Origin: an uncultured Gemmatimonadales bacterium
GTDB taxonomy: Bacteria > Gemmatimonadota > Gemmatimonadetes > Gemmatimonadales > GWC2-71-9
Reading direction: 5' to 3'
DNA: 64,000 nucleotides
Assembly: GCA_963828735.1 (NCBI GenBank)
Contig: CAWHFW010000005.1
Location: 672,001-736,000, forward strand
Shown here in pieces: positions 19,057 through 29,714 of the stretch (position 1 is the first letter of the stretch; each line of letters begins with the position of its first letter). The notes under the pieces were generated by a model, which was not told the DNA's origin, did no database searches, and worked only from the letters and a program-made list of their open reading frames with translations. Position numbers and translations under genes: made by a program.

Positions 19057-20226
19057 CTACTCCTTGCTGGAGAGCGATCGATCCTTGGGCTGGGCCTTCG
19101 CGCTCGCCTGGGCCTGCTGCTCGAGTGTCTTGGCGCGATCCAGGTGCTGCTGGATCATCGGTAGCTCCTGTTCGACCAGGTCGCGCACCTGCGCCGACTT
19201 CGCCGCCCTGCCCTCCTTCTCGAAGTAGGGAACCACGGAAGCGAGGTTCTCGCGCACGATATCCAGGTAGACCCGATCGAACTGATGGTGCGATGCCTTC
19301 TCGAGGCGATCGACCTTCTCCTGGTGCTTGGGCCCGAGGTGCTGATTGACCGTCACGCCGCCCTTCGAGGCCACATCCTCCCAGCGGCCCCGCCAGTTCG
19401 TGAAACTGGTCAGCATCCGGTCGGCGAACTGCCGGACGTCCTTGTCCGTGGCCTTCTGCTTCGCCATTTGCGCCAACTGCACCTCCATCAAGTGACCCGT
19501 GGCCACTTCCTTGATGTAATCGGCGTCGGACCGCACGTCCTTGTTCGAGCCGTTACCTTCGGCCGCCCCCACCTTGCCGTGCTGGTCCTCGGACGCGTTG
19601 GCGGCCACAGCGGTGCCGCCGACCTCGTCCGCGACCTGCTGGGCCATCGTCAGGTGCTGCCGCATCGTGGCGAGGCTGCTCGCGGCCAACTGCCGCACAT
19701 CCGCCGACTTCGCTTGCGGCCCCGAGTGTTGAAAGGCGTCGATGTCGCGTCGATGATCCTGCACCATCTCGTTCATGTACGCGCGATCGAAATTCGCACC
19801 GGACAGCGACGTCAGGCGGCTCAGTGTCTGCTGCTGGTTCGCATCGAGGCTGGCCCGGACCGGCATGGCCGTCCTCGAGACGAGCGCAGCCCACTGGTTG
19901 CCCATCGTCGTGTGGTCCGCGACCATCCGCTCCGCGAACTGCTTCACCGCCGAGCTGGACGCGCGCTGCGCCGCGAGGTTGCCGAGCCGCACCTCGAGCA
20001 GATTGCCCGCGCTCGCCTCACGGACGAACGCGGTATCGGACCAGGCGCTCCGATTCTCTGCCGTGGCGCCAGGGGCCGGTGCGGGGGCGGTGGTGGTCGG
20101 CACGTTCCACGTCCGGTGGGCCGCCGAGTCCTGCGCCGAGGTCTGTGCGTGGAGCGCGGTCGCCGGCGCCACAGCCAGTACCACGCTCAATCCCGCGGCG
20201 GCAACCATGTATCGCTTCGCTTTCAT
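19057..20226 (-). CDS. Secreted protein with two DUF4142 domains
   Basis: Two repeats of EV-LA, VKQFAERMVADH / VRQFADRM, FDRAY / FDRVY, HL. Confidence 0.85.
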   Translation of the reverse strand: MKAKRYMVAAAGLSVVLAVAPATALHAQTSAQDSAAHRTWNVPTTTAPAPAPGATAENRSAWSDTAFVREASAGNLLEVRLGNLAAQRASSSAVKQFAERMVADHTTMGNQWAALVSRTAMPVRASLDANQQQTLSRLTSLSGANFDRAYMNEMVQDHRRDIDAFQHSGPQAKSADVRQLAASSLATMRQHLTMAQQVADEVGGTAVAANASEDQHGKVGAAEGNGSNKDVRSDADYIKEVATGHLMEVQLAQMAKQKATDKDVRQFADRMLTSFTNWRGRWEDVASKGGVTVNQHLGPKHQEKVDRLEKASHHQFDRVYLDIVRENLASVVPYFEKEGRAAKSAQVRDLVEQELPMIQQHLDRAKTLEQQAQASAKAQPKDRSLSSKE

Positions 20227-20580
20227 GCGTTCGAATCCCCGTCAAGAGTTGGCGTTCGTAGTGCAAGTTCTCCGATTGCAGGATAGTGCGAGGCTGGAGG
20301 CGATGCTGTGACCGCTGGCACGATGAGGGGGATGTGGCTCAGATCACCACGGCACAGCCGGCGCACGCATCGATGGGTCTCAGCAGCCATCGCGCGGGGA
20401 GCCGCACGCTGCGCCGACGAAGACGCCAGATTGTCCGCCGGCGGGCGCGCGAGGGGCCAGAACGACCCGCGCTGGAAGACTCTGGCACGAGTCGATGGAC
20501 GCAATGCGCGTGGCCACAACACTTCGGGGGATTGGCCGTTTTCTTGCCTACGACGATCGCGCATCTACCAGTGAGGGGCT

Positions 20581-21708
20581 GTGCGGATCGCGCTCGTCAC
20601 GGAGTACTACTATCCCCATCTCGGCGGGGTCACCGAGCACGTTCATAACCTGGCGCTTCAACTCGAGCGCCATGGGCATCACCCGGTCGTGGTCACCGCC
20701 CACATGGAGGAGCCTCGCCGGGGAGCAGACTCCGACCACATCGCAGGCGACGCCGCCTTCGTCCGCCGCATCGGCACCAGCCGCACGATCTACAGCGCCG
20801 GCTCGTTCGCGCGCATCACGACCGGACTCGGTCTTCGACGCGGCCTCAGGGACTTGTTCCGGCGCGAGCACATCGAACTTGTCCACGTGCATGGGGGCCT
20901 CAACCCGACGCTCGGATTGGTGGCGCCGGATGCGGCCAGGGATCTGGGGCTTCCAGTGGTCGCGACCTTCCACTCGTGGTTCGCCGGCTCGGCCCTGTGC
21001 CACATCTTCCGCCAGCCGCTCCAGTGCCGGCTCGACCGTCACGCGGCGGTGATGGCAGTGAGCCAGCCGGTTATCGAGGCACATTCACGGTACTTCGATG
21101 CAGAGTGGGAGATCGTACCCAATGGAGTGGACACGGAGTTCTTCCGACCCGCGACCCGACGACCAGCCGGCAGCGAGTCGGCCCAGCTGTTGTTCCTGGG
21201 CCGGCTCGATCCCAGGAACGGTCTGGACACCGTGCTCGCGGCGATGCCGCGGGTGCTCGAACATCTGCCGGGCGCGCGCCTGACAATCGCCGGCGACGGG
21301 CCGCTCCGCCCCGTCTACGAGCGGATGGCACGGCCGCTGGGCGAGGCGGTCGCGTTCCTGGGCCGCGTCAATGGGGATCGTCCCGCACTCTACGCTCAGG
21401 CCGACCTGTACCTCTGCCCCACGACGCAGGCCTCCTTCGGTATCACGCTGCTCGAGGCGATGGCCTGCGGGACCCCCATGGTTGTCTCCGACATCATCGG
21501 CTTCCGCGAGCTCATCGGCGGAGGCGCCGAGGCGGTGCTGGCACCGAAGGACCGGCCGGAGGTCTGGGCGAGAAAGGCCGTCGCACTGATGGGCGACTCC
21601 GACCGGCGCTCCCTCATGGGGCGCGCCGGGCGCCAGAAGGCGGAGGGGTACGCGTGGCCCCTCGTGGCCGAGCAGGTGATGCGGGTCTATCGGAGGGTGC
21701 TGCAGTGA
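20581..21708 (+). CDS. Glycosyltransferase family 4 (PimA-like)
   Basis: YYYPHLGGVTEHV, VPNGVD, FLGRLDPRNG, SFGITLLEAMACG. Confidence 0.92.
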   Translation: MRIALVTEYYYPHLGGVTEHVHNLALQLERHGHHPVVVTAHMEEPRRGADSDHIAGDAAFVRRIGTSRTIYSAGSFARITTGLGLRRGLRDLFRREHIELVHVHGGLNPTLGLVAPDAARDLGLPVVATFHSWFAGSALCHIFRQPLQCRLDRHAAVMAVSQPVIEAHSRYFDAEWEIVPNGVDTEFFRPATRRPAGSESAQLLFLGRLDPRNGLDTVLAAMPRVLEHLPGARLTIAGDGPLRPVYERMARPLGEAVAFLGRVNGDRPALYAQADLYLCPTTQASFGITLLEAMACGTPMVVSDIIGFRELIGGGAEAVLAPKDRPEVWARKAVALMGDSDRRSLMGRAGRQKAEGYAWPLVAEQVMRVYRRVLQ

Positions 21709-22406
21709 TCCTCGGGGCCCTGGCCGGCGCGGCCGCGGGCGGGGCTGCCGTGTTGGCGCATGGCGCCCTGGCACCCAACAGCCCCGTCTTCGGGCCGGTG
21801 GTGAGCCGTGGTCCGCGTGAGCGCGCCCTCTATCTCACCTTCGATGACGGCCCCGGTCCATACGCCACGGAGCGCATCGTGCGCGTGCTCAGGGACCAGC
21901 GCGTGCCGGCCACCTTCTTCATGATCGGGCGACACGTCGGGCTGTTTCCCGAGCTGGCGCGGCTGGTGACACGGAACGGTTTCGGCGTCGGCAACCACAC
22001 GCAGACCCATTGCCGGCTCGCGCTGGCCGGACGGGGGCGCACCGCGTGGGAGGTACACGCGGCTCACCTCGCGATCCTGGAAGTGACCGGCGTGACGCCG
22101 ACCAGCTTCCGCGCACCGCATGGCTATCGCAATCCCTACCTCAAGCGCGTGGTACCGATCTACGGGTACCGCGTCTTCGGATGGACCTTCGGCGTGTGGG
22201 ACAGCGCGTGTCCAGGCCCCGATGTGATCCGCGATCGCGTGCGTCGTGGACTCCGACCTGGGGCGGTGCTCCTGCTCCACGACGGCGATGGCTACGATCC
22301 CCTCGGCGATCGTGGACAGACCGCGGAGGCGCTGCCCGGCATCATCGAGGATGCGCGCGCGTTGGGATACGAGTTCCGGTCGCTCGACCAGATTCCGATC
22401 GCGTGA
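21705..22406 (+). CDS. Polysaccharide deacetylase (CE4/NodB)
   Basis: LTFDDGP, GNHTQTH, FRAPHG, LLHDG; GTGA overlap. Confidence 0.92.
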   Translation: MILGALAGAAAGGAAVLAHGALAPNSPVFGPVVSRGPRERALYLTFDDGPGPYATERIVRVLRDQRVPATFFMIGRHVGLFPELARLVTRNGFGVGNHTQTHCRLALAGRGRTAWEVHAAHLAILEVTGVTPTSFRAPHGYRNPYLKRVVPIYGYRVFGWTFGVWDSACPGPDVIRDRVRRGLRPGAVLLLHDGDGYDPLGDRGQTAEALPGIIEDARALGYEFRSLDQIPIA

Positions 22407-23350
22407 AGCCGTCATGGCGGTGGGTACTCGGCGCCCTGCTGATCGTGGCCGGATTGCGATACGGCGTGCGGTTTCCTTGGGGTGAGACGTGGCGCAGCCT
22501 GGCCTCCGCTGAGTGGCGGCTGCTCGCCGCCGCCGCGGCCGTCAACCTGCTCTCGCTCGCCTGCAAGGGCGCCGAATGGTACCTGCTGTTGCGGCCGGTC
22601 GTTCCCGCACAGGTGAGCACGACGCAGGCAGCCACGTTCGTAGGGGCGGCGGTTGGCTCGATCGGGATCTCGGTGAGCGGGGAAGCCGCGCGGGCCCACC
22701 TCCTCGCGCAGCGAGACGGCGTGGAGGTGGGAACGGCCGCGCGCACGATCGCCTCCAGCCGCCTCGTGGAGGCCGCCGCGCTCGGCGTTCTCCTCGTGGC
22801 GCTCGCCGCCGGCGGTGGCTCGGCGCTTGGATGGCGGACGTTGGCGGCCGCGGTGGTCCTCTCGGTGGGCGCGCTATCGGTGCTGCGCTGGTTGCCCTGG
22901 CTGCGGCCGTTCCGGGCGGACGGCCATCGCGCGCCTCGCTATCCGGCGCGGCAGCTCCTCGCGCCGCTGGCGTTGGCTACGGCGGCGTGGTCGCTACAGT
23001 GGGCGACGTATCACCTCTCCATCCTCGCCGTGCACGCCCGGGTAGCGCCATACCATTCCGCCATCGCGCTCCTCGTCGCCAACCTGGGCGGCATCCTGAG
23101 GCTTACACCCGCGAACGTCGGGGTCGTTCAGGGGGCGCTCGTCGCCAGCCTGGCGCCGGCCGGTGTGCCCGCGGCGCAGGCGGTGGCCGCCGGTCTGGCG
23201 CTGCAGGCGGTCCAGGTCCTGCCAGTGCTGCTCATCGGGATGGCCGTGCTGGGACGTCACGGGATGCGGGAGGCGATCCTCGCGGCGCGGGGCCGGCTGA
23301 CGCTGCTTCGGGAGTCGCTGGATGAGCCGCTGGTCGACACCTATGAGTGA
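22403..23350 (+). CDS. Lysylphosphatidylglycerol synthase TM (flippase-like) domain protein
   Basis: GEAAR, TPANVGV, multiple TM segments; GTGA overlap. Confidence 0.82.
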   Translation: MKPSWRWVLGALLIVAGLRYGVRFPWGETWRSLASAEWRLLAAAAAVNLLSLACKGAEWYLLLRPVVPAQVSTTQAATFVGAAVGSIGISVSGEAARAHLLAQRDGVEVGTAARTIASSRLVEAAALGVLLVALAAGGGSALGWRTLAAAVVLSVGALSVLRWLPWLRPFRADGHRAPRYPARQLLAPLALATAAWSLQWATYHLSILAVHARVAPYHSAIALLVANLGGILRLTPANVGVVQGALVASLAPAGVPAAQAVAAGLALQAVQVLPVLLIGMAVLGRHGMREAILAARGRLTLLRESLDEPLVDTYE

Positions 23351-23580
23351 ATAGCAAGCGGCCGTGGCCCCTGCCCCTCATGAAGACGTCTTAACGCTCG
23401 GTTCACATCCCTTTCGCTTCCTCCGGTGCACTCTCCCAGTCCACCCCGCGAGGGTGTGCTCGAGTAAGGACGCGCTCGAGCCAGGTCCGCGGCCGACAGT
23501 CACCTCTACTTCTAGGTGAGGGCACGTCGGTTACTCAGACGCATATGGCCAGCACATGATCACTCCGACAGGATCACACC

Positions 23581-24846
23581 ATGCTCCACCACTCCTTTGA
23601 TACCGAGAGTCACGGGATGACAGCCGTGCAATCATCCGTGATCACGGACGGCGGCTTCTCGAGTGCACGACGGGCTCGAATGCACGCGGCCCTGCGACGC
23701 CATGTCGACAGCGGCCAGATTCCCGGGCTTGTGGCGCTGGTCCACCAGCGCGGGCGAGAGCACGTGGAGACGATCGGCACCATGGCCTACGACAGCAACG
23801 TGCCGATGCGACGAGACACGATCTTCCGGCTCGCCTCCACGACCAAGCCGATCACCGCGGTCGGCGCCATGATCCTCGTGGAGGAATGCAAGGTCAGGCT
23901 CGACGATCCGGTCGACGAATGGCTGCCGGAGCTCAAGGACCGCCAGGTCCTGCGGACGATCGAGAGCCCGCTCGACGACACGGTGCCCGCGAAGCGCGCC
24001 ATCACGCTCCGCGACCTCCTCACGTTTCGATCGGGCTACGGTGAGGTGGGCTTTCTCTCGCCGACGTGTCCATTTCAGAAGGCGTGGGCGGAGGCACGCC
24101 TACCCCTCAGCGAATGGCCTTTCGCTGGCACATTCGACGAGCTCATGAGGCGCCTGGGCGGCCTCCCGCTCGTGCATCAACCAGGGGAGCGATGGCTGTA
24201 CCACATGAGTGCCGAGATCCTGGGAGTGCTGATCGCTCGCGTCTCCGGCAAGTCGCTGGGGGCTTTCCTTCATGAGCGCATCTTCGAGCCGCTCGGGATG
24301 GCGGACACCGGCTTCCAGGTCCCTGAGACGAAGCTCGATCGGCTCCCACCCTGCTACGGTAGGGATTTGGTCACCGGCGAGCTCGTCGTCTTGGAGGAAG
24401 GGCGTGGCGGCTACGCCGCCCGGCGGCCCATCTTTGAATCCGGTGCCGGGGGGCTCGTCTCGACGGTCGACGATCTGCTCGCCTTCGGTCGGATGATGCT
24501 GGTGAACGGCGCATGTGCCGGCGAGCGCGTTCTTTCGCGGCCATCGATCGAGCTGATGACCATGGATCACCTCACGCCCGAGCAGAAGGCCGTCTCACCG
24601 TTCTTCGAGAACTTCTGGGATACGTACGGCTGGGGCTTCGGCATGGGAATAGTCATTGCGCGCAATGATCTTGCGGACGTTCCCGGGCGCTTCGGTTGGG
24701 ACGGCGCCTTCGGTACGTCGTGGCACGTCGACCCGAGAGAGGGGCTAGTTGGCGTCCTCATGACCCAACGCCGTCCAGACCGGCTCGCTCTTCCCCCCGT
24801 CGTGCTCGACTTTTGGACCTCGGCCTACCAACTCCTCGACGTTTGA
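23581..24846 (+). CDS. Serine hydrolase, beta-lactamase family
   Basis: FRLASTTK (SxxK), PGERWLY, FGWDGAFGT. Confidence 0.92.
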   Translation: MLHHSFDTESHGMTAVQSSVITDGGFSSARRARMHAALRRHVDSGQIPGLVALVHQRGREHVETIGTMAYDSNVPMRRDTIFRLASTTKPITAVGAMILVEECKVRLDDPVDEWLPELKDRQVLRTIESPLDDTVPAKRAITLRDLLTFRSGYGEVGFLSPTCPFQKAWAEARLPLSEWPFAGTFDELMRRLGGLPLVHQPGERWLYHMSAEILGVLIARVSGKSLGAFLHERIFEPLGMADTGFQVPETKLDRLPPCYGRDLVTGELVVLEEGRGGYAARRPIFESGAGGLVSTVDDLLAFGRMMLVNGACAGERVLSRPSIELMTMDHLTPEQKAVSPFFENFWDTYGWGFGMGIVIARNDLADVPGRFGWDGAFGTSWHVDPREGLVGVLMTQRRPDRLALPPVVLDFWTSAYQLLDV

Positions 24847-24927
24847 GAACAGATGACGACGACACCATGAGCCATGGTCGCGATGCCGTGCCGCCGGCTG
24901 TGTCCGTGGGCGGTTCGTCCACGCGCC

Positions 24928-25386
24928 TCAGATCGGCTCAGCGAACTCTGCCGGCAGGTCTTCCGGGAGGGCGGTCACGGGCATCGACCCGAGCGTCGCT
25001 TCGACCGCTTGACACCAGCGCTCGAGTGCGGTGGTGATGCGGGCGGTCAGTTCCGAAAACTCCTTGGCGCGGTGACACAACCCGACGGAGCGGCTGAGGT
25101 ACTTCGGAAGCAATTCAAGCAGCTCACCGAGCGCCCACAGGCGCTCCGCATCCGGCGGACTCATGTCCGCGGCCATCGCCTGGACCAGCCGGCATTCGTT
25201 CGCTACCCGCGCTGGAAACGCTCCCCGCAGATACTCTATCGCGGCCCACCTGGCCCAGGGCCCCGCATTGGCTTGGCGCGCAGGGCCGAGCGTCGCGGCA
25301 ACCTCTCTCCGCCAGTGCGAGTGCACTCGAACGAGACGTGGAAGCAGTAACTCCGCGTTCCGGGGCACGACTGTCGCGGCGGTCAT
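24928..25386 (-). CDS. Hypothetical helical protein, paralog of 29714..30205
   Basis: ATGA-coupled to DUF2892; shares HxxW/WxRW/WC motifs. Confidence 0.75.
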   Translation of the reverse strand: MTAATVVPRNAELLLPRLVRVHSHWRREVAATLGPARQANAGPWARWAAIEYLRGAFPARVANECRLVQAMAADMSPPDAERLWALGELLELLPKYLSRSVGLCHRAKEFSELTARITTALERWCQAVEATLGSMPVTALPEDLPAEFAEPI

Positions 25387-25574
25387 GGCAAGGGTCCCTT
25401 CCATCCAGTGGTTCGATAGATCGGGCAGTAGCCCAGCAGGCCTGTGCCGAACGGGATCAGGCCGATCAGTGCGAGGTATCGCCAGGGAGACGGCAGCGCC
25501 CCGTACAAGCCGAGCAGTGCGATGCCAAGTGCCAGGCGCACGACTCGCTCGATGGTGCCGAGGTTGCGAATCAC
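25383..25574 (-). CDS. DUF2892 (YgaP-like) membrane protein
   Basis: GGAGG RBS, GTG start; NLGTIERVVR, GYCPIY. Confidence 0.85.
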   Translation of the reverse strand: MIRNLGTIERVVRLALGIALLGLYGALPSPWRYLALIGLIPFGTGLLGYCPIYRTTGWKGPLP

Positions 25575-25658
25575 GAATGCCTCCCTTCCCCGGATATCAG
25601 CCGCCGGTTCTAGAGTGGAACGGTGAGCAAGCACACGGGACGTCGACCCCGATCTCGT

Positions 25659-26297
25659 CTACGCCGAGTGTCGCGCCTCGTCGCCCAGTGTGGCCCGTTC
25701 AGGTGGCGTGGTGATCGGCCGCCCATTCACGAGGTCGCTGAGCGCCACGCCGATTCGGTCGAGCGGCAGAACGTAGTCCACCGCCCCCGAATTGATCGCC
25801 GAGCTCGGCATGTCGAAGTGCTCGGAGCTGGCGCGGTCCTGCGCGATCACTATGCCACCCTGTTGCCTGATGGCTTGCACGCCGTCGGTACCATCCGAAT
25901 CCATGCCGGTCAGCACCACCCCGATTGTGCGGGTGCCGCCTGTTTTGGCGGCTGACAGGAATAGAGGATTCGCGGATGAGAGCACATGGTGGATCCGTCG
26001 GCCATTGATGAAATCCAGGGTGCGGTCCGGGTTGACGATCAGATGAGCGTTTACTGGCGCCAGGTACACCGTTCCCGGAACCAGCGGCTCGCCCGGCTCA
26101 GACCGCTTCACTCGCAGCCGCGACCGCCGCGCCAGCACGACCGGAAGCAAGTCCGGAAACTTGGGCGACCGATGCTGCACAATGCATATCGGGACGGGAA
26201 AGTCCGCCGGCAGATCGGACAGCACCTGCTGGAGCGCTTTCACGCCCCCCGCGGAGGCGGCGATGACGACGAGCTCGAACCGTGGTCGCTGTTCCAT
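25659..26297 (-). CDS. cheB: Stand-alone CheB-type methylesterase
   Basis: IAASAGG, IVQH, LTGMDSDG, IAQD, MPSSAI. Confidence 0.88.
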   Translation of the reverse strand: MEQRPRFELVVIAASAGGVKALQQVLSDLPADFPVPICIVQHRSPKFPDLLPVVLARRSRLRVKRSEPGEPLVPGTVYLAPVNAHLIVNPDRTLDFINGRRIHHVLSSANPLFLSAAKTGGTRTIGVVLTGMDSDGTDGVQAIRQQGGIVIAQDRASSEHFDMPSSAINSGAVDYVLPLDRIGVALSDLVNGRPITTPPERATLGDEARHSA

Positions 26298-26404
26298 GGA
26301 TGCATCATGGCATGGGGGGAGCCAACAACGCGTGAAATGCGGGTGAAGACTTCTTGTCATTCCCCTCCGAAGCATGTCCTACAGACGGCCAGTCGCTGCC
26401 GCTG

Positions 26405-27402
26405 TCAGCGCTTCACACTCGGCGTGGCGCGCCCGCTGCTCGATGTCGGTCGCCGGGTCCGTTTCTTGGTAGCAGCCTTTCTCGCCGGATGGCAGACGAG
26501 CACCGGAACGTCAGCAGCGCGGACCAACTTGTCAGCGATGCTGCCCAGCGCCAGGCGGCGAATCCCCCCGCGGCCGTGCGTGGCGAGCACGACGAGACTC
26601 ACCCGCTCTGGCCGAGCAACTTCGAGGATGGACTCGGCTGCGTTCCAACCGACTACGGCAACCCCCGACGCGCGGATGCCCTGCTCTCTCATCTGATCGC
26701 TGATCCCCTCCAGGTAGTCCTTCGCCTGTTCCCGGCATTGGGCCGTGAGCTCTTCGTCGTAGGCCGACAGCCACGGCAGGGCAGCGTCGGACGAGAGCGG
26801 CACCGGATGGACGACCTGAAGCAGAGTGACGTGCGCGGCCCACAGCCGTGCGATTCGTCCGGCGGCCTCGAGCGCCTCTTCGGCAAGCGGCGAGCCGTCG
26901 AGCGGCACCAGGACCTGGCGATCACCGGGATCGAATTCCTCCGACGGCTGAGTCCCGGCCGGCCGTACGAGCAGCACCGGAATATCCGTGTGGCGGACCA
27001 GGTGATCAGCGACGCTACCCAGCCATGCCCGGCTGATCCCGCCCCGGCCATGGGTCGCCATGACGATCAGGTCGACGTCCATTTCCTGCGCGTACTGAGC
27101 GAGCGACGGACCGACGGCGCCTTTCAGCGTGACCGCCGACGACAGGCGAATACCGCGCTCGCGCAGCCGTGTCTGGACGCCCCTCAGGTATGCCTGCTCG
27201 GCTTCCCTCCTCGCCACCTCGATGGCCGTGAACATCTTGCGGCGGCTGAATCTACCGGCGCTGGAGGAATCTGGTGCACCAGCACCAGATGGAGCTTGCT
27301 GGTATCCTGCTGAGCGATCTGGATCGCCAGGGGTAACGCCTGCTCGGCCAGCGGTGACCCGTCGAGCGGAACCAGGATCGAGGGGAACGAATCGCGCCTC
27401 AT
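26405..27402 (-). pseudogene. Tandem-domain universal stress protein with a frameshift
   Basis: N-terminus ILVPLDGSPLAE (27184..27402) continues in another frame (26405..27235; ATHGRGG twice); one base missing near 27239. Confidence 0.85.
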
Positions 27403-27644
27403 TGAGACAACCTCTCTCGAAGCCTGTGGAAGCTATCCCATCGTCTGACGGCGATTCCCCTTCGACTCGCGGTCAGGGGAAGCGTCCAACCCTACAGTAC
27501 CCCACAATCGATGAAGAAATCGTGAAGGGATGGACAAACTGCCTTGTGCTGCGACCGACGAGGTCTCCTTCTCCGAATGATGGAGCGACGGTTGTAGCCG
27601 GAAGTGCTGTTCTGCGCGACTATCCGCTCGGGAGTGGCAAGATG

Positions 27645-28343
27645 TCAGTCGGCGCTCGTGCCGAAGAGGGCACCGACGCCGGCGGTGAGGGCCATGGCGA
27701 GGGCGCCCCAGAAGACTACGCGAGCCGTACCGATCAGCGAACGCGCACCGCCGGCGCGCGCAGCGAGCCACCCGAGAGTTCCCAGGCAGAGCAGCGACGC
27801 ACCAGCCACGGCTGGTACGAGCCTAGCCTCCGGCGCGAACAGCACGACTATCAAGGGGAGTACCGCACCGACGGCGAACGTAAGTGCCGAAGTAAGGGCC
27901 GCCTGCACGGGACGAGCTCGCAGGGCGGCGGAGATGCCTAGTTCGTCGCGCGCATGTGCCGCGAGGGCGTCGTGAGCCATGAGCTCGATGGCGACCTGCT
28001 GCGCCAGCGCGGGGCTCAATCCCCGCCCGACGTAGATCGACGCGAGCTCCTCCTGCTCGGCTGGGCCGCTCGCGGCCAGCTCCGTCCGCTCACGCTCGAG
28101 GTCGGCCCGCTCGGTGTCGGCCTGAGAGCTGACCGACACGTACTCGCCGGCCGCCATGGACATGGCGCCAGCCACGAGCCCCGCCACGCCGGCGACGAGC
28201 ACAGTCGTCCGACCCCCGTCGGCCGCCGCGACGCCAAGGACTAGACTTGCCGTCGAGACGATCCCGTCGTTGGCCCCGAGCACGGCAGCCCGAAGCCAGC
28301 CGATGCGCTCGGTGCGATGCCGTTCGCGGTGCCGTGCACTCAT
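27645..28343 (-). CDS. VIT1/CCC1 family transporter
   Basis: LRAAVLGANDGIVS, SMAAGEYVSVSSQ, HARDELG. Confidence 0.93.
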   Translation of the reverse strand: MSARHRERHRTERIGWLRAAVLGANDGIVSTASLVLGVAAADGGRTTVLVAGVAGLVAGAMSMAAGEYVSVSSQADTERADLERERTELAASGPAEQEELASIYVGRGLSPALAQQVAIELMAHDALAAHARDELGISAALRARPVQAALTSALTFAVGAVLPLIVVLFAPEARLVPAVAGASLLCLGTLGWLAARAGGARSLIGTARVVFWGALAMALTAGVGALFGTSAD

Positions 28344-28414
28344 ATGGCCTCGCTGGGATGGGGAAGAGGGTCGCGCCTGCCCGCTGACGACGGACACATC
28401 GGCCTAAATGCGGG

Positions 28415-28843
28415 TCACGGTCGCGCGACCTCAGGCACGCCAGTATCGCACTGTCCCCGTTGTATGTCGGCCCTGGCAGCTTCCGCCAGCCGCACGTAGC
28501 CTGCGAGCATCCGGTCGAGGTCGGGGGCATCGAGCTCTTCAAGGTCCAGCAGGGCGTTGTGCGCTCCCGTCGTAGCGCGCAGCAGCTCGTCCAACTTTAC
28601 CTGCACGGCCTCGGCGTCTCGGTATTGAGTATTCTGAATGAGGAACACCATCAAGAAGGTGATGATGGTCGTACCCGTGTTGATCACGAGCTGCCAGGTA
28701 TCACTGAACCGAAAGACCGGACCCGTTACGAGCCAGGCCAAGATCACGCTCACGGCGAGGGTGAATGCCACGGGTCTGCCCGTCGCCCGCGACGTCGCCT
28801 TCGCAAAGTGCGTGAACCGCGATCCGGACTGTGTAGGGTGCAT
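28415..28843 (-). CDS. Low-affinity iron permease family protein
   Basis: FSDTWQLVINTGTTIITFLMVFLIQNTQ, KLDEL. Confidence 0.92.
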   Translation of the reverse strand: MHPTQSGSRFTHFAKATSRATGRPVAFTLAVSVILAWLVTGPVFRFSDTWQLVINTGTTIITFLMVFLIQNTQYRDAEAVQVKLDELLRATTGAHNALLDLEELDAPDLDRMLAGYVRLAEAARADIQRGQCDTGVPEVARP

Positions 28844-28919
28844 GTGACTGATTCTGCCCTGTGGTGACCTCATGTGAGAGCCTCCGCGGTGACGCCCGGG
28901 TACCCGAAGTGTTGGCTGG

Positions 28920-29714
28920 TCAGCTCACAGGCACGTCTGATCGAGACCGGCCTCGCTCTGGAGCCGAGGTGATACCGGCTTCATGCGTCCGCTGGCGACC
29001 CACCGCCTCCCGATGAGCCCGCTCACCCGCAGTCCCCGCAGGGCGGCGGTCCAGCTCCTTGAGCCGCGACGTCATGCCGTAAGCGATCAAGAGGTCGCCT
29101 GGCTGCACCGCCGTCGGCCCGCGCGGCGCGCCGACGTAGCTTCCATCAGTCCGCTCGATGCCCAGGATCAGCGCGCCCTCGGACCGGAGGTCCAGCTCCG
29201 CGAGCGTCTTGTTGGCCAGCCATTCGTCGGGCCTCACCCGCATTTCGATGACGCTGTATTCCCCCACGAGCCGGAGAAGGCTGGCATAGTCGCGTACGTC
29301 GAGGTCGGTCCAGTGCCGGAGCGCGATCGCGATGATCCGGGAGAGATGCTGATCGATGGTCCGGCTGGTGAACACCACCCACAAGAGCCCGACCCCTGCG
29401 ATCAGGCCCCCGGCCCGGGGCAGCCAACTCGCGGGACCGGAGGCGGACAGGAATACGAGAAGCAGACCTGACACCGTGACGACCGCGCCGGCATTGCCCA
29501 GCAGCATGAGCATCATGATGATGCGCCGGCGAACCGGGTGGTCGACGACGTGCTCCGCCTCATGGGTGGTGAAGCCGACGCCTAGAAACGCGGATTGAGC
29601 CTGGAACCGGGCCGATTCCCGCGACAGGCCGGTCAGGGTGAGGGCCACCGCCCCGATCCGCATGATGAGGAGCGAGAGCGACAGCACCACGAGAAGGGAG
29701 AGTAGGGCGATCAT
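28920..29714 (-). CDS. Membrane protein with TrkA-C (RCK_C) domain
   Basis: ARFQAQSAFLGVGFTTHEAE, HPVRRRI, LILGIER, GDLLIAYG. Confidence 0.85.
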   Translation of the reverse strand: MIALLSLLVVLSLSLLIMRIGAVALTLTGLSRESARFQAQSAFLGVGFTTHEAEHVVDHPVRRRIIMMLMLLGNAGAVVTVSGLLLVFLSASGPASWLPRAGGLIAGVGLLWVVFTSRTIDQHLSRIIAIALRHWTDLDVRDYASLLRLVGEYSVIEMRVRPDEWLANKTLAELDLRSEGALILGIERTDGSYVGAPRGPTAVQPGDLLIAYGMTSRLKELDRRPAGTAGERAHREAVGRQRTHEAGITSAPERGRSRSDVPVS

